Below are positions 18,823 to 29,167 of a DNA stretch of 64,000 nucleotides, in pieces. The stretch's first letter is position 1. Every line of letters begins with the position of its first letter. The notes under the pieces are model-generated. The model saw only the letters and a program-made list of their open reading frames with translations, was not told the origin of the DNA and ran no database searches. The stretch is from an uncultured Prevotellaceae bacterium (GTDB lineage: Bacteria; Bacteroidota; Bacteroidia; Bacteroidales; Bacteroidaceae). The position numbers were made by a program, and so were the translations under genes. The stretch lies in NCBI GenBank assembly GCA_902784065.1, contig CACZTJ010000032.1, positions 61 through 64,060 of the forward strand, in the 5' to 3' direction.

Positions 18823-19318
18823 ATGGCTATTAAAGTAATTGCACAACGACGTGAAGTAAAACTTGGTAAGAATCCTGGTAAGAAGTTCGTGATGCGTCCT
18901 GATCTGTACTCACCTATCCAGGAAAAGAAGGTATTCTCAGAGGCTTCTACCCACAGCGGTATCTCTGCAGGTGTAATCAAGGCAGCTTGGGATGCTGCAG
19001 GCGAAGTGATTCGCACGTGGGCCACCGAGGGTCACAGCGTTCCTCTGCCCGGACTGGGAACCATGCGTTTCGGCGTTCGTTCGAAGGCAGTGGAGAACCT
19101 GGAGGACGTGAAGACGAACCTGATTACCACCCGTCGCATCGTGTTCACCCCGAATGTGGACGTGAAGGATGAGCTGAAGAACACCTCTATTCAGATCACC
19201 TGTCTTGATGAGGAGGGTAATGTGCTGAAGCGCGTGACCTCTGGCGACAGCCTCAGAGACCGGTGGCGGTAACACTGGTGGTGGCGGTAACGACGACAGT
19301 CCCATCGATGACGATTAA
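18823..19318 (+). CDS. Bacteroidetes long HU-family DNA-binding protein; frameshift at ~19251 before the Gly/Asp tail
   Basis: GHSVPLPGLGTMRFGV and RRIVFTP motifs; tail SETGGGNTGGGGNDDSPIDDD* lies in another frame, ending at 19318. Confidence 0.85.
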
Positions 19319-19332
19319 GAAAGGAGGCGTGT

Positions 19333-19434
19333 ATGACTAAGAAAGAAAGCATTAAGTTTATTGCGCAGATCATCGTATCGATCGCATCAGCGGTGCTGAC
19401 GGCACTGGGGGCCACCTCGTGTATGGGGTATTGA
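19333..19434 (+). CDS. Smalltalk-type 33-aa hydrophobic peptide (absent from the ORF track)
   Basis: MTKKESIKFIAQIIVSIASAVLTALGATSCMGY; LTALG.TSCM signature; directly after the HU-like gene; AAGGAGG upstream. Confidence 0.85.
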   Translation: MTKKESIKFIAQIIVSIASAVLTALGATSCMGY

Positions 19435-19439
19435 TGTTA

Positions 19440-19538
19440 TGTCATCTCGACCGCGCGGAGTGAGTGGAGAGATCTCAGGAGATTCTTGAGATTTCTCGAC
19501 TCCGCTCGAAATGACAGTAAAGTGCGCTCGAAATGACA
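19440..19538. repeat. REP-like cluster
   Basis: TGTCATCTCGACC...GGAGAGATCTC and two CGCTCGAAATGACA units. Confidence 0.85.
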
Positions 19539-19659
19539 GCGGTATTTTATACATTTTATATCTTGTATTGGATTTAGATAACTTTCTCACGCTCAAGAAT
19601 TCAAATTTATTTGTATTCTCTTCGCTAAATCGAAATTTTGCACTATATTTGCAGACGGA

Positions 19660-19930
19660 ATAGTTATAAGAGATATTACATTGCCAACATCTGAAAACTG
19701 ATATCGACCTATTTGTTAAATCTGTTGCTTCGAGAATGGTCGATAAACAAGATTTAAAGCAGGAAATGGTCGATAAATGGTCGGTAAAGCCTTCTTTAGC
19801 TGAGAAATTGGTCGATATTTTGGAGTTTGTGGCCGAAAAAGACGAATTTACGACAGAAATGATTGTTAGTCACTTTGGCTTTAACGCTACAACCGCTAAG
19901 AAGAATAGATCTTATAGCCCAAAAGCGTAA
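19660..19930 (+). pseudogene. Fragment of a protein with a C-terminal HTH (Fic/ATP-binding-protein-like tail)
   Basis: MVDK repeats, ILEF..., FGFNATTAK|KNRSY with the HTH recognition helix apparently missing. Confidence 0.4.
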
Positions 19931-20030
19931 GTGAACTCTAGATTTGCAGCCTCTTTGAGCTCGCTTGCTACCAGAGCACCAGCCTTTGCCTCAGGTGCAC
20001 GATAAGAAAGGGTATGGATATGGGTTCAGG

Positions 20031-20687
20031 CTACTTATTTTGTGACTGGCGGTTGATGTAGTCTAAGATCATATCGACGGCATCATCTTCAGTGATATTA
20101 TTCATCGTGATGACGATCTCGTAGAAGCGGGAATCATAGCGTGAGAAACCTGTAAACTTTCTCACGTAATTCTCGCGCATCTTGTCCACCTTGTTGATGA
20201 TCTTGCGGGCTTCTTCCGCAGAAATATTCTGCTTTTCAGCCACGCGCGCCACGCGATAAGGTATAGGTGCCTGGATAAGAACGTTGAGGTGGTTGGGATG
20301 ATCGCGGAACACGTAGAAGCCGCTACGCCCAGCTACCACACACGACTCCTCAGAAGCAATGTCATGAAGGATGTCTGTTTCAACCTTAAACATCTCTTCG
20401 GTGGTGGGCAGACCAGAATCGTTGGTTTTGTACAACGAGCTATAGGGCATAACCAAGCCTTGACCGATTTGGGCGATGCGTTGAAAATCGTCCCACCAGT
20501 TGTGCTTGCGACCTTTCAGCTTCTCAATCTCTTCTGCTGTGAGCTGATATTTCTCTTCTAAGGCCTTGATGAGCGCTTTATCATAGAAATGTACACCCAG
20601 TCTTTCAGCCAGTTTGCGACCTACGGTGCGACCGCCACTGCCTAACTCACGATTAATAGAAATAACAAACTTCTCGTTCTTATTCAT
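20031..20687 (-). CDS. Cytidylate kinase-like family protein
   Basis: VISINRELGSGGRTVG, SCVVAGR. Confidence 0.9.
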   Translation of the reverse strand: MNKNEKFVISINRELGSGGRTVGRKLAERLGVHFYDKALIKALEEKYQLTAEEIEKLKGRKHNWWDDFQRIAQIGQGLVMPYSSLYKTNDSGLPTTEEMFKVETDILHDIASEESCVVAGRSGFYVFRDHPNHLNVLIQAPIPYRVARVAEKQNISAEEARKIINKVDKMRENYVRKFTGFSRYDSRFYEIVITMNNITEDDAVDMILDYINRQSQNK

Positions 20688-20859
20688 GATTATATGGTTT
20701 TAGTATGTTCTGACGGCAAAGGTACAGTTTTCTCTTCAATTTAGCAAGTTTATTGCATAAAAAATATGCTTTTTTTGTTTAAAAATCCATATAAATGGGG
20801 ATTGTGGGAATGGGGAAAAGGTTGTACCTTTGCAACCGAAATTGAAATATGATTGATTC

Positions 20860-22131
20860 ATGAAGCATAAAATCATCTTATTGGCGCTGGCGTTCGTGGT
20901 GGCTGGACAGGCTTTTGCCCAGCAACAGGACGTGATGCGGCAGACGGTGGCTTATCTCGCCTCTCAGGAGTTGGGCGGCAGATATCCGGCTACGATGGGC
21001 GATACCCTCGCCTCGGAATATATTACTGCGCAGCTTCGCGCGTTGAAACTTAAGCCTATCGTGAAGGGCAAGAAGGCTGTGGGCTACTATCATGACTTTA
21101 CCTATGGCAAAGAGGTGGAGCGCACCACGCATAATATCATGGCGGTGCTGCCAGGAACGGACAAGCAGCTGAAGAACGAATATATCGTGGTGGGTTCGCA
21201 CTACGACCATCTGGGAATGGGTGGCAAGGACTCAGGTTCGCGACGCCCTGACACGTTGGCGGTGCATCCGGGTGCCGACGATAATGCCAGCGGCGATGCC
21301 ATCGTGCTGGAGCTGGCTAAATATTTTAAGAAGGTACGCGCGAAAAGAAGTATCATCTTTGCCTTCTTCGGTGCTGAGGAGCAGGGCTTGATCGGCTCGA
21401 AGAACTTCCTGGAGTGGATGAAGAAGGCCGATGACAAGCGCATCAATCTGCCTGCCGACAAGAGCGGCATCGTGGCGATGGTGAATCTGGATATGGTGGG
21501 ACGTATGCGCGACAAGGCGCTGAGCGTATCGGGTACGGGCACCAGCAGTCAGTTTAAGGCGATGGCTGAGCAGACGGCCGAGAAGACGGGACTGAACGTG
21601 AGTTGCACGCCCGACGGCTATGGCCCTAGTGATCACGCCTCGTTTGTGGCGGTGGATATCCCCGTGCTCTTCCTCACGACGGGTGGACACATGGAGTATC
21701 ACACGCCCGACGATGTGCCCTCGACGCTGAACTACGACGGGATGCAGCAGATACTCGACTTCTCGGAGCAGCTGATCAGTGAGATAGCTGATATGCCGAC
21801 AACGCCCGACTATATCAGCGTGCCCAGCACGAACACGATGCGACATGCGAAGTTTAAGGTGACGCTGGGACTGATGCCCGACGTGATGGGCGCCAGTCGT
21901 ATTCCCGGACTTCGTGCCGACATTGTGGTGGCTGGCAAGCCTGCCCACAAGGCTGGTATCCGTAGCGGCGACATCATCCAGGAGATAGACGGCAAGCCCG
22001 TGACGAATATGGATGACTATATGCAGCGCCTGTCGGAGCTGGAGCCTAATACGACGGTTCCCGTGAAGGTGCTTCGTAACGAAGAGATTCTGACCTTTGA
22101 TGTTCACTTGATTCCCCCTGTAAAGAAATGA
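20860..22131 (+). CDS. Secreted M28 peptidase with C-terminal PDZ domain
   Basis: GSHYDH, GADDNASG, AEEQG, NLDMVG, SDH, YHTPDD. Confidence 0.9.
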   Translation: MKHKIILLALAFVVAGQAFAQQQDVMRQTVAYLASQELGGRYPATMGDTLASEYITAQLRALKLKPIVKGKKAVGYYHDFTYGKEVERTTHNIMAVLPGTDKQLKNEYIVVGSHYDHLGMGGKDSGSRRPDTLAVHPGADDNASGDAIVLELAKYFKKVRAKRSIIFAFFGAEEQGLIGSKNFLEWMKKADDKRINLPADKSGIVAMVNLDMVGRMRDKALSVSGTGTSSQFKAMAEQTAEKTGLNVSCTPDGYGPSDHASFVAVDIPVLFLTTGGHMEYHTPDDVPSTLNYDGMQQILDFSEQLISEIADMPTTPDYISVPSTNTMRHAKFKVTLGLMPDVMGASRIPGLRADIVVAGKPAHKAGIRSGDIIQEIDGKPVTNMDDYMQRLSELEPNTTVPVKVLRNEEILTFDVHLIPPVKK

Positions 22132-22937
22132 AGAAGTCAACCTGTTGGATTGTAGCGATTATCCTCACCTTGGCGCTGAGTATCTATCAGCGTATGACGG
22201 GGCCCACCTACGCCAAGAAGGTGACGGTGGAACAGAACGGTGAGCAGTATCAGATCAAGTTGCCCAGAAGTGGTGTGCAGAAGGATGAGATCGTAACGCT
22301 GAAGGGTGTGCCTGCGGATTATCATACGTCGCTTCAGGAGTTTAAGCAGCCCCAGATGCACTATCGCCGCTATCAGTCGGCTGATGCTTATACGACGGTG
22401 GACTTCAGTTGGAAAGATGAATCCTGGAAAGCGGCTCTGCCCGTACAGCCTGTTGCGGGCAAGCTGGAGTATTATATCACCGTGGGCGGCAAGGACTATC
22501 TGGCCGATGAGCCCGTCGTGATCCGTTTCCGCAACGATGTTCCTGCGGTTATCCTTATTCCCCATATAATCCTGATGTTTGCAGCCATGTTGTTTGCGGT
22601 CTATACGTTCCTGCTAATCGTGACACGTAAGGACTACAAGCGATGGCTGATCATCACTGTGGCGACGCTGTTTGCGGGCGGATTCATCTTAGGACCGCTC
22701 GTGCAGCATGCGGCCTTCGGTCCCTGGTGGGCTGGATTCCCCTACGGCACGGACCTGACCGACAACAAGACGCTGATTGCCTTCCTTTTCTTTATGGCGG
22801 CGCTGGCCACGATGAAGTGGAAATACAATAAGTGGGTGGTGTGTCTGGCGGTACTGATGATGATCGCGGTGTTCACGATTCCTCACAGTGTCTATGGGTC
22901 GGAATATGATTACGAGAAGAAAGAGATAAAAATGTAA
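22128..22937 (+). CDS. Membrane protein
   Basis: N-terminal anchor, soluble domain, about 4 TM helices; DLTDNKT motif. Confidence 0.75.
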   Translation: MKKSTCWIVAIILTLALSIYQRMTGPTYAKKVTVEQNGEQYQIKLPRSGVQKDEIVTLKGVPADYHTSLQEFKQPQMHYRRYQSADAYTTVDFSWKDESWKAALPVQPVAGKLEYYITVGGKDYLADEPVVIRFRNDVPAVILIPHIILMFAAMLFAVYTFLLIVTRKDYKRWLIITVATLFAGGFILGPLVQHAAFGPWWAGFPYGTDLTDNKTLIAFLFFMAALATMKWKYNKWVVCLAVLMMIAVFTIPHSVYGSEYDYEKKEIKM

Positions 22938-22966
22938 CAATATAAAAGTTTTAAAATTATGAGATT

Positions 22967-23464
22967 ATGAAAATGAAAAGTTTAATGGCGATGGCTGCAA
23001 TGGCCTTCGTGTTTGGTTTGAGTTCATGTGGTGGTGATGATGATGTGCCCGAGACACCGGCAGCCAATCAGGTGGCTGGTTATTATGCAGGTACTGAGAC
23101 ACTGACCGTGGATGGTGAGGCTGATGAAAGTGACGAGGTGATCCAGATTACCAAAGTCACTGATACGACTGTTGACCTCGTGCTTCCCTCCTATGGTGAG
23201 GGCATGATGACGATTCCTGAACTCCCTGTGAAGAATATCGTTGTTGCCAAGAAAGGTGATGACATCTCTGGTACAATTACTGGTGGTACTTACACTGGTA
23301 CTGTGACCGACAGCAAAGGTGAGGAAAAGACCTATACCGTGAACGATTTCGTGCTTCTGTACAACGAGACTAATAAAACCCTTATTCTTACCTTTAAGAT
23401 GAAGTACGGCAATATGCCCTTTGTCTTTGAAGGCTTATTTGTTGGCGAAAAGTCATTGAAGTAA
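22967..23464 (+). CDS. Calycin-like beta-barrel lipoprotein
   Basis: Lipobox LSSC; C-terminal GNMPF..F.G. Confidence 0.75.
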   Translation: MKMKSLMAMAAMAFVFGLSSCGGDDDVPETPAANQVAGYYAGTETLTVDGEADESDEVIQITKVTDTTVDLVLPSYGEGMMTIPELPVKNIVVAKKGDDISGTITGGTYTGTVTDSKGEEKTYTVNDFVLLYNETNKTLILTFKMKYGNMPFVFEGLFVGEKSLK

Positions 23465-25480
23465 ATGGGAAGCGTGCGTATCAAACATCTACTTATAACT
23501 GGCATGGCGTTGTTCATGTCAGTTATTGATGTTTCTGCGCAGCAATTCCGCGATTCTGTAGAGCTGCAGCCAATCGTGGTGACGGCTTCATATACCCCGA
23601 AGATGCTGAAAGACGCACCGGTGGTGACGAGACTGATCACGCCGCACGACATTAAGATTGTGGATGCAACCAACATTCAGGAGTTGCTGACACAGGAGAT
23701 TCCCGGACTGGAGTTCGGACTGGCGATGAGTCAGGAGACATCGCTCAACATGAGCGGCTTCGGCGGTAACTCTGTTCTCTTCCTCGTGGATGGTGAACGT
23801 ATGGCCGGAGAGACGATGGACAATGTGGACTACAACCGCATCAACCTCGAGAACGTGGGACGTATCGAGATTGTGAAAGGAGCCTCGTCGGCACTCTATG
23901 GCTCGAATGCTGTTGGCGGTGTGGTGAACATCATCAGCCGCGAGAGTCTCGAACCTTGGACAGCGAACGTGAATTCGCGCTATAACACCTTTGGCCACGA
24001 GTGGCGCAATGGTGCCAGCTTCTCGTTTAACACACAGAAATGGAACTCGCAGACGAGCTTCCAGCATACCAAGATCGACCCCGTAGATCTGCCAAAGGCG
24101 CACACGCCTGAGGAGATTGCCATCGAACTGATGAAGAAGGCACAAGGACTGCCTTACGACGAGTCGGTGCTGAACGACGACTCGAACATCAGCAGGCTTT
24201 ACGGACAGAAGACTTATAACATCAGAGAGCGACTGACTTGGCGACCCACCGACAAGCTGACGCTCATCGGTAAAGGTGCGTACTTCTTCCGCACCAGCGA
24301 ACGCGACACCTATAACTATCATTATAATGCCTACACTGGCGGACTGAAGGGCAAGTATGCCTGGGATCACAACCGCAAACTGGAACTGACGTATGGTTAC
24401 GACCAGTATGATAAGGCCAACTTCACGCCTGACGGCAGACGGACTCACGACCACGACTACAGCAACCGCCAGCATGTGGCACATGCCCTTTACAGTCATA
24501 CGTTCGGTAAGAACAACCTGATCGTAGGTGCTGACTATATGCACGACTATCTGAGCACGTATCAGTTTATCGACAACACCAGTCACTCTCAGAATAATAT
24601 CGACGGCTTTGCACAGTTCGACTGGAACATCACCGACCGGCTGAACGTGGTGGGAAGCATGCGTTACGACTACTTCTCGGCATCGTCGGAGAACGCGTTT
24701 ACCAGCCGACTCGCCGTAGTGTATAAGTTCCCCTGGATGACCTTACGCGCCAACTATGCCAGCGGTTTCAGGGCCCCTACCCTTAAGGAGATGTATATGA
24801 ACTTCGACATGGGAAATATGGGCTATATGCTGATGGGTAATCCCGATCTGGATCCTGAGAGGAGCCATAATTTCAATCTGGCCTTCGAGCGACAGAACCG
24901 CATCAGGAATGCTGGTGTGCTGAACGGTGTGTATAACTTTACGCTCGTGGGCTACTGTAACATCTTCGATAAGCGTATCACCGTTATCGACTGCGACTAT
25001 GTGGACCCTGTGACGCATGAGACACTGCCCGGAGCAAAATACTGGAACGAAGACGGTATCACGGTGTGGGGTGTGGATCTGAGCATGGGCCACTACTTCG
25101 ACTGGGGACTGACGCTGAAGCTGAACTATTCGTATTTGCACGAGACGGGTAACGTGATCTACTCGCAGTTCTACCAGCCGCGCACAAACTCACTCACGTG
25201 GCGCATCGGCTATGCTCACCGCTTCTCAAAACTCTATGCCCTCGATGCAGCTCTCTCAGGGCGCAGTCAAGGTAAACCCCAGTCGGGCAGACCGGATGTG
25301 GATCAGGGCTACACCATCTGGAAGCTGATGCTGCAGCACCATATCTGGCGAGGCATCTGCGTGAATACGGCTATCGACAATCTCTTCAACTATGTACCGA
25401 AGTCGTATTACTATTGTTCACCGCTGACTACCGGCACCTCTTTCGCCGTTGGTGTAACGATCGATATTGAAAGACTGTAG
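23465..25480 (+). CDS. TonB-dependent receptor (BtuB/HmuR-like class)
   Basis: IVVTAS TonB box; RIEIVKGASSALYGSNAVGGVVNII plug; GFRAPTLKE; GNPDL.PE. Confidence 0.9.
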   Translation: MGSVRIKHLLITGMALFMSVIDVSAQQFRDSVELQPIVVTASYTPKMLKDAPVVTRLITPHDIKIVDATNIQELLTQEIPGLEFGLAMSQETSLNMSGFGGNSVLFLVDGERMAGETMDNVDYNRINLENVGRIEIVKGASSALYGSNAVGGVVNIISRESLEPWTANVNSRYNTFGHEWRNGASFSFNTQKWNSQTSFQHTKIDPVDLPKAHTPEEIAIELMKKAQGLPYDESVLNDDSNISRLYGQKTYNIRERLTWRPTDKLTLIGKGAYFFRTSERDTYNYHYNAYTGGLKGKYAWDHNRKLELTYGYDQYDKANFTPDGRRTHDHDYSNRQHVAHALYSHTFGKNNLIVGADYMHDYLSTYQFIDNTSHSQNNIDGFAQFDWNITDRLNVVGSMRYDYFSASSENAFTSRLAVVYKFPWMTLRANYASGFRAPTLKEMYMNFDMGNMGYMLMGNPDLDPERSHNFNLAFERQNRIRNAGVLNGVYNFTLVGYCNIFDKRITVIDCDYVDPVTHETLPGAKYWNEDGITVWGVDLSMGHYFDWGLTLKLNYSYLHETGNVIYSQFYQPRTNSLTWRIGYAHRFSKLYALDAALSGRSQGKPQSGRPDVDQGYTIWKLMLQHHIWRGICVNTAIDNLFNYVPKSYYYCSPLTTGTSFAVGVTIDIERL

Positions 25481-25591
25481 TCAGAAAATCCAACTTATTT
25501 TTGGGGGTTGTTAGAAAAAAATGGTTTATTTCTTGCATAAACCAACAAAAGAGTGTATTTTTGCGGTATCAAAAGCAAAATAAAAGGAAAA

Positions 25592-25969
25592 ATGAAGAAG
25601 TATCTATTTCTGTTTTTAATGCTGTGCTGCTCATTTGAGTCACACGCGATCGAGTTGGATGGAAAGTATCTGTCACAGAGCGGAGAACTGCTGTTCATCT
25701 TCAAGAGCGACAGTCTCTATATCGATATTGCCCAGAGCCAACGTATTGTTTCTGCCTTCAAACTGGTGAAGAACAAAGAGACAGAGCAATCTATCAGCTA
25801 TAATGCCTTCGAGAGTTATATGGACAAGGGTCACCCCACATACAGAGAAGTACTCATTAAGGTATCATTCGTGAAGGAGAAAGAATACCTGCTTGAGTAC
25901 TTCGGTAAGGACAAGGACCGTGATTATAACTCTAACGAGCGTTATAATATCAGGCTTGTAGAAGAATAA
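25592..25969 (+). CDS. Hypothetical secreted protein
   Basis: Signal peptide MKKYLFLFLMLCCSFESHA. Confidence 0.65.
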   Translation: MKKYLFLFLMLCCSFESHAIELDGKYLSQSGELLFIFKSDSLYIDIAQSQRIVSAFKLVKNKETEQSISYNAFESYMDKGHPTYREVLIKVSFVKEKEYLLEYFGKDKDRDYNSNERYNIRLVEE

Positions 25970-28072
25970 TCAATATTTCAATCCCATATTGTAGAGGATG
26001 AAGCTGTAGATGTCGGCTTGCTCATCGAGCACTTTGGCAAGGGGCTTACCGCCACCGTGTCCGGCTTTAGTGTCGATGCGGATGAGCACGGGGTTTGGTC
26101 CCTTGTGGCATTCCTGCAAGGTGGCAGCAAACTTAAACGAATGGGCTGGTACAACGCGGTCGTCGTGATCGGCAGTGGTGACGAGTGTAGCGGGATAAGC
26201 GGTTCCGGGCTTCAGGTTGTGAAGCGGCGAATAGCCTTTCAGATACTCGAACATCTCTTTAGAGTCGTCGCTTGTGCCATAGTCGCTCGCCCAGTTCCAA
26301 CCAATCGTGAACTTATGATAGCGCAGCATGTCCATCACACCGACCTGCGGGATGGCCACCTTGAAGAGATCGGGGCGTTGCGTCATACAGGCTCCCACGA
26401 GCAAACCACCATTCGAGCCACCCACAATCGCCAGTCTCTCCTTGCTGGTATAACCCTCACGGATCAGATACTCGGCCGCACTGATAAAGTCGTCGAACAC
26501 GTTCTGCTTCTGCAGCTTCGTACCTGCCTGATGCCATTCTTCACCATATTCATTTCCGCCACGCAGGTTCACCTGAGCATAGATACCGCCCTTCTCGAGG
26601 AACGGGATACGGAGCGCTGAGAAGGCTGGACCCAGTGAGATATTGAAACCACCATAGCCATAGAGGAAGACGGGATTCTTACCATCAAGCTTCATGCCTT
26701 TCTTATACGTAATAAACATCGGTACGCGCGTACCATCTTTACTCTCGAAGAACAACTGGCGACTCTCATAGTCCTGCAGGCGGAACTTCACCTGGGGCTG
26801 CTGATAGAGTGTGCTGGTGTTGGCGGTGAGATCATAACGATATACAGTACCAGGTTGCGTGAACGACGTGAAGGAGTAGAAGCACTCGGGCTCTTTCTCC
26901 TTACCTGTAAAGTCAACACTTCCCACCATGGGCAGCTTCACCTCGTGGCGCAGCTTGCCGTCGAGCCCGTAGATGAAAGCGTGATCGGAAGCATCCTGAG
27001 AATAGGTCAGCACCAGCTGGCGACCAATCACCGAAGCACCACTCAGCACATTCTTTTGTTCGGGCACAAGCTCCTGCCAGTCGTTCACCCCAGGCTGATG
27101 GATGTCGGCCGTCATGATGCGACCCTTAGGTGCTCCGAAGTTGGTAAAGAAATACAGGCGGTCGCCATCATCATAGAGGGGCGAATAGAGATAGTCCATA
27201 TCGTTGGTCATCTGGATAAAGAGGGCATCTTTCTGGCGCAGGTCGCGCACATAGAGATTGTTGCCCGCACCAGCGCCCGACTCATAGAGATACATCAGCG
27301 TCTCATCCTCGTTCACCTCTACATCGTAGAAGCGCTTGGGCTCTGTGGGGTTCTGATAGAACAGCACATCATCGCTCTGGGGTGTACCGATCTTGTGATA
27401 GTAGATCTTATGACCAGCATTCACGTTAGAGAACTCCTTACCCTCTGTGGGGCGATCATAGGCGCTATAATAAAAACCATCGCCTAACCAAGAGGCATCA
27501 GAGAACTTGGCCCACTCGATATGATCATCGGTTAGCTCACCCGTCGCGAGGTCGATCACAAAGAACTCTTGCCAGTCGGACCCGCTACGCGAGATGGCGT
27601 AAGCAGCCCAGCGCCCATTGTTGGAGAAGTCGAGCGACTTGAGTGCTACTGTACCATCGGTACTCAGTTTGTTAGGGTCGAGAAACACACGGGGCTCCCC
27701 ATCGAGCTGATCCTTCACATAGATCACATACTGATTCTGCAATCCGTCGTTACGATAGAAATACCACTTGCCATTTTGCTTGAAGGGGGCACCGATGCGC
27801 TCATAGCTCGACAACTCGGTGAGGCGTTTCAACAGTTTCTCTCTGAAGGGGATCTTTTGTAGGTAGGCGTTCGTCACCTTGTTTTCGGTTTCTACCCACG
27901 CAGCAGTCTGCGCGCTGGTGTCGTTCTCCAACCAGCGATAGGGGTCGCTCACTTTCTCACCGAAGTATTCATCCACGGTACCGTCCTTAGCGGCTTTGGG
28001 GTATTGCAGATGCTGAGCCTGCATGAGTGATGCGGACATCATGACCATACTCATTAAAACGATTTTCTTCAT
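25970..28072 (-). CDS. Prolyl oligopeptidase (S9A)
   Basis: DPYRWLE, GGSNGG, DHDDRV, AGHG. Confidence 0.95.
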   Translation of the reverse strand: MKKIVLMSMVMMSASLMQAQHLQYPKAAKDGTVDEYFGEKVSDPYRWLENDTSAQTAAWVETENKVTNAYLQKIPFREKLLKRLTELSSYERIGAPFKQNGKWYFYRNDGLQNQYVIYVKDQLDGEPRVFLDPNKLSTDGTVALKSLDFSNNGRWAAYAISRSGSDWQEFFVIDLATGELTDDHIEWAKFSDASWLGDGFYYSAYDRPTEGKEFSNVNAGHKIYYHKIGTPQSDDVLFYQNPTEPKRFYDVEVNEDETLMYLYESGAGAGNNLYVRDLRQKDALFIQMTNDMDYLYSPLYDDGDRLYFFTNFGAPKGRIMTADIHQPGVNDWQELVPEQKNVLSGASVIGRQLVLTYSQDASDHAFIYGLDGKLRHEVKLPMVGSVDFTGKEKEPECFYSFTSFTQPGTVYRYDLTANTSTLYQQPQVKFRLQDYESRQLFFESKDGTRVPMFITYKKGMKLDGKNPVFLYGYGGFNISLGPAFSALRIPFLEKGGIYAQVNLRGGNEYGEEWHQAGTKLQKQNVFDDFISAAEYLIREGYTSKERLAIVGGSNGGLLVGACMTQRPDLFKVAIPQVGVMDMLRYHKFTIGWNWASDYGTSDDSKEMFEYLKGYSPLHNLKPGTAYPATLVTTADHDDRVVPAHSFKFAATLQECHKGPNPVLIRIDTKAGHGGGKPLAKVLDEQADIYSFILYNMGLKY

Positions 28073-28090
28073 ATTTACGATTCTTATGTT

Positions 28091-29167
28091 TTATATATTT
28101 GTAATCAGTTGCGCTGCGGTGTGGCTGATATTCAGTCGCGCCACATCGGGTTTCATAGCTTCTTCCAAAGGAAGATCAGGTGGGTTGATACATACCACCT
28201 GGGCAAAGCCCGCCTCCAACAATTGCTGACGGTCGGCAATACGACCAGCAATCAAGGCTACAGGCACCTGATGGCGCGAGGCACTCTGCAGGATACCGAA
28301 AGGCAGCTTGCCCATCAAGGTCTGACGATCGGCTGAGCCTTCGCCCGTAATCACCAAGTCGGCATCGCGAAGCTGAGTGTCGAAACCGACAGCCTCAAGC
28401 AGCAGTTCGATACCCGAACGGCAATCAGCATGCATATATTGCAGGAATGCATAGCCTAATCCACCAGCAGCCCCTGCCCCAGCCTCCTGCTGACGATCGA
28501 AGCCAAAGTGCTTGGCAGAGAAATCGGCAAAGCGATGCGCCATCGCATCGAGCTCAGCTACCATCTCTGGGGTAGCTCCCTTCTGAGGTGCAAAGACGTG
28601 GGCTGCACCCTGAGGACCGCAAAGGGGATTGGTGACATCGGTGGCGATAGTGAAGTGGACATCCTGAAGGGCGGACAGTTCATCCCAAGTGAGACGAGCA
28701 GGCGCTCCGTGAGAAAAGACATCGATGATGGCACGCAGCATACCCTTACCGCAATCGCTCGTCGCACTACCACCCAGTCCGACGATGATCTCCTTACAGC
28801 CCCGACGTAACGCATCGGCCACCATCTGTCCTGTGCCATAGCTGGTAGCTGTTAAAGGATTGCGCTCCTCAGGCGTAAGCAATGTAAGGCCGCTGGCCTG
28901 GGCGATCTCGATGACAGCGATGGTATCTTTCACGAGATACTGTGCCTGAATCCAACGCATGAGCGGATCACGAACAGACAGGGTGACAAGCTCGCCACCA
29001 ATGGCAGCATGATAGGCTGAGAGCCAGCCTTCTCCCCCATCGCTGACGGGAATCTGAACGATATCGGCATCGGCCGAAACAGACAACACACCTTCGGCTG
29101 CCGACTGGTTAGCAAGCACAGACGACAGGCATCCTTTTAGGGAATCAATAGCAATCATTATCTTCAT
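28091..29167 (-). CDS. glxK: Glycerate kinase
   Basis: IAIDSLKGCL, SDGGEG, GLGGSAT, GAAGGLG, ITGEG. Confidence 0.9.
   Translation of the reverse strand: MKIMIAIDSLKGCLSSVLANQSAAEGVLSVSADADIVQIPVSDGGEGWLSAYHAAIGGELVTLSVRDPLMRWIQAQYLVKDTIAVIEIAQASGLTLLTPEERNPLTATSYGTGQMVADALRRGCKEIIVGLGGSATSDCGKGMLRAIIDVFSHGAPARLTWDELSALQDVHFTIATDVTNPLCGPQGAAHVFAPQKGATPEMVAELDAMAHRFADFSAKHFGFDRQQEAGAGAAGGLGYAFLQYMHADCRSGIELLLEAVGFDTQLRDADLVITGEGSADRQTLMGKLPFGILQSASRHQVPVALIAGRIADRQQLLEAGFAQVVCINPPDLPLEEAMKPDVARLNISHTAAQLITNI

Noticed and set aside
167..19434. Intact prophage, ICE, retron or DGR
   Set aside because: No capsid, terminase, tail, integrase, relaxase, T4SS or reverse transcriptase motifs found.
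3463..19538. REP clusters and iteron arms considered as a CRISPR array
   Set aside because: No regular repeat-spacer periodicity and no cas genes.
21232..24586. Long - strand ORFs (302 aa, 332 aa) opposite the peptidase and TonB receptor
   Set aside because: Antisense shadow ORFs with His/Arg/Val-rich nonsense composition; the same applies to those opposite carB, ileS and htrA.
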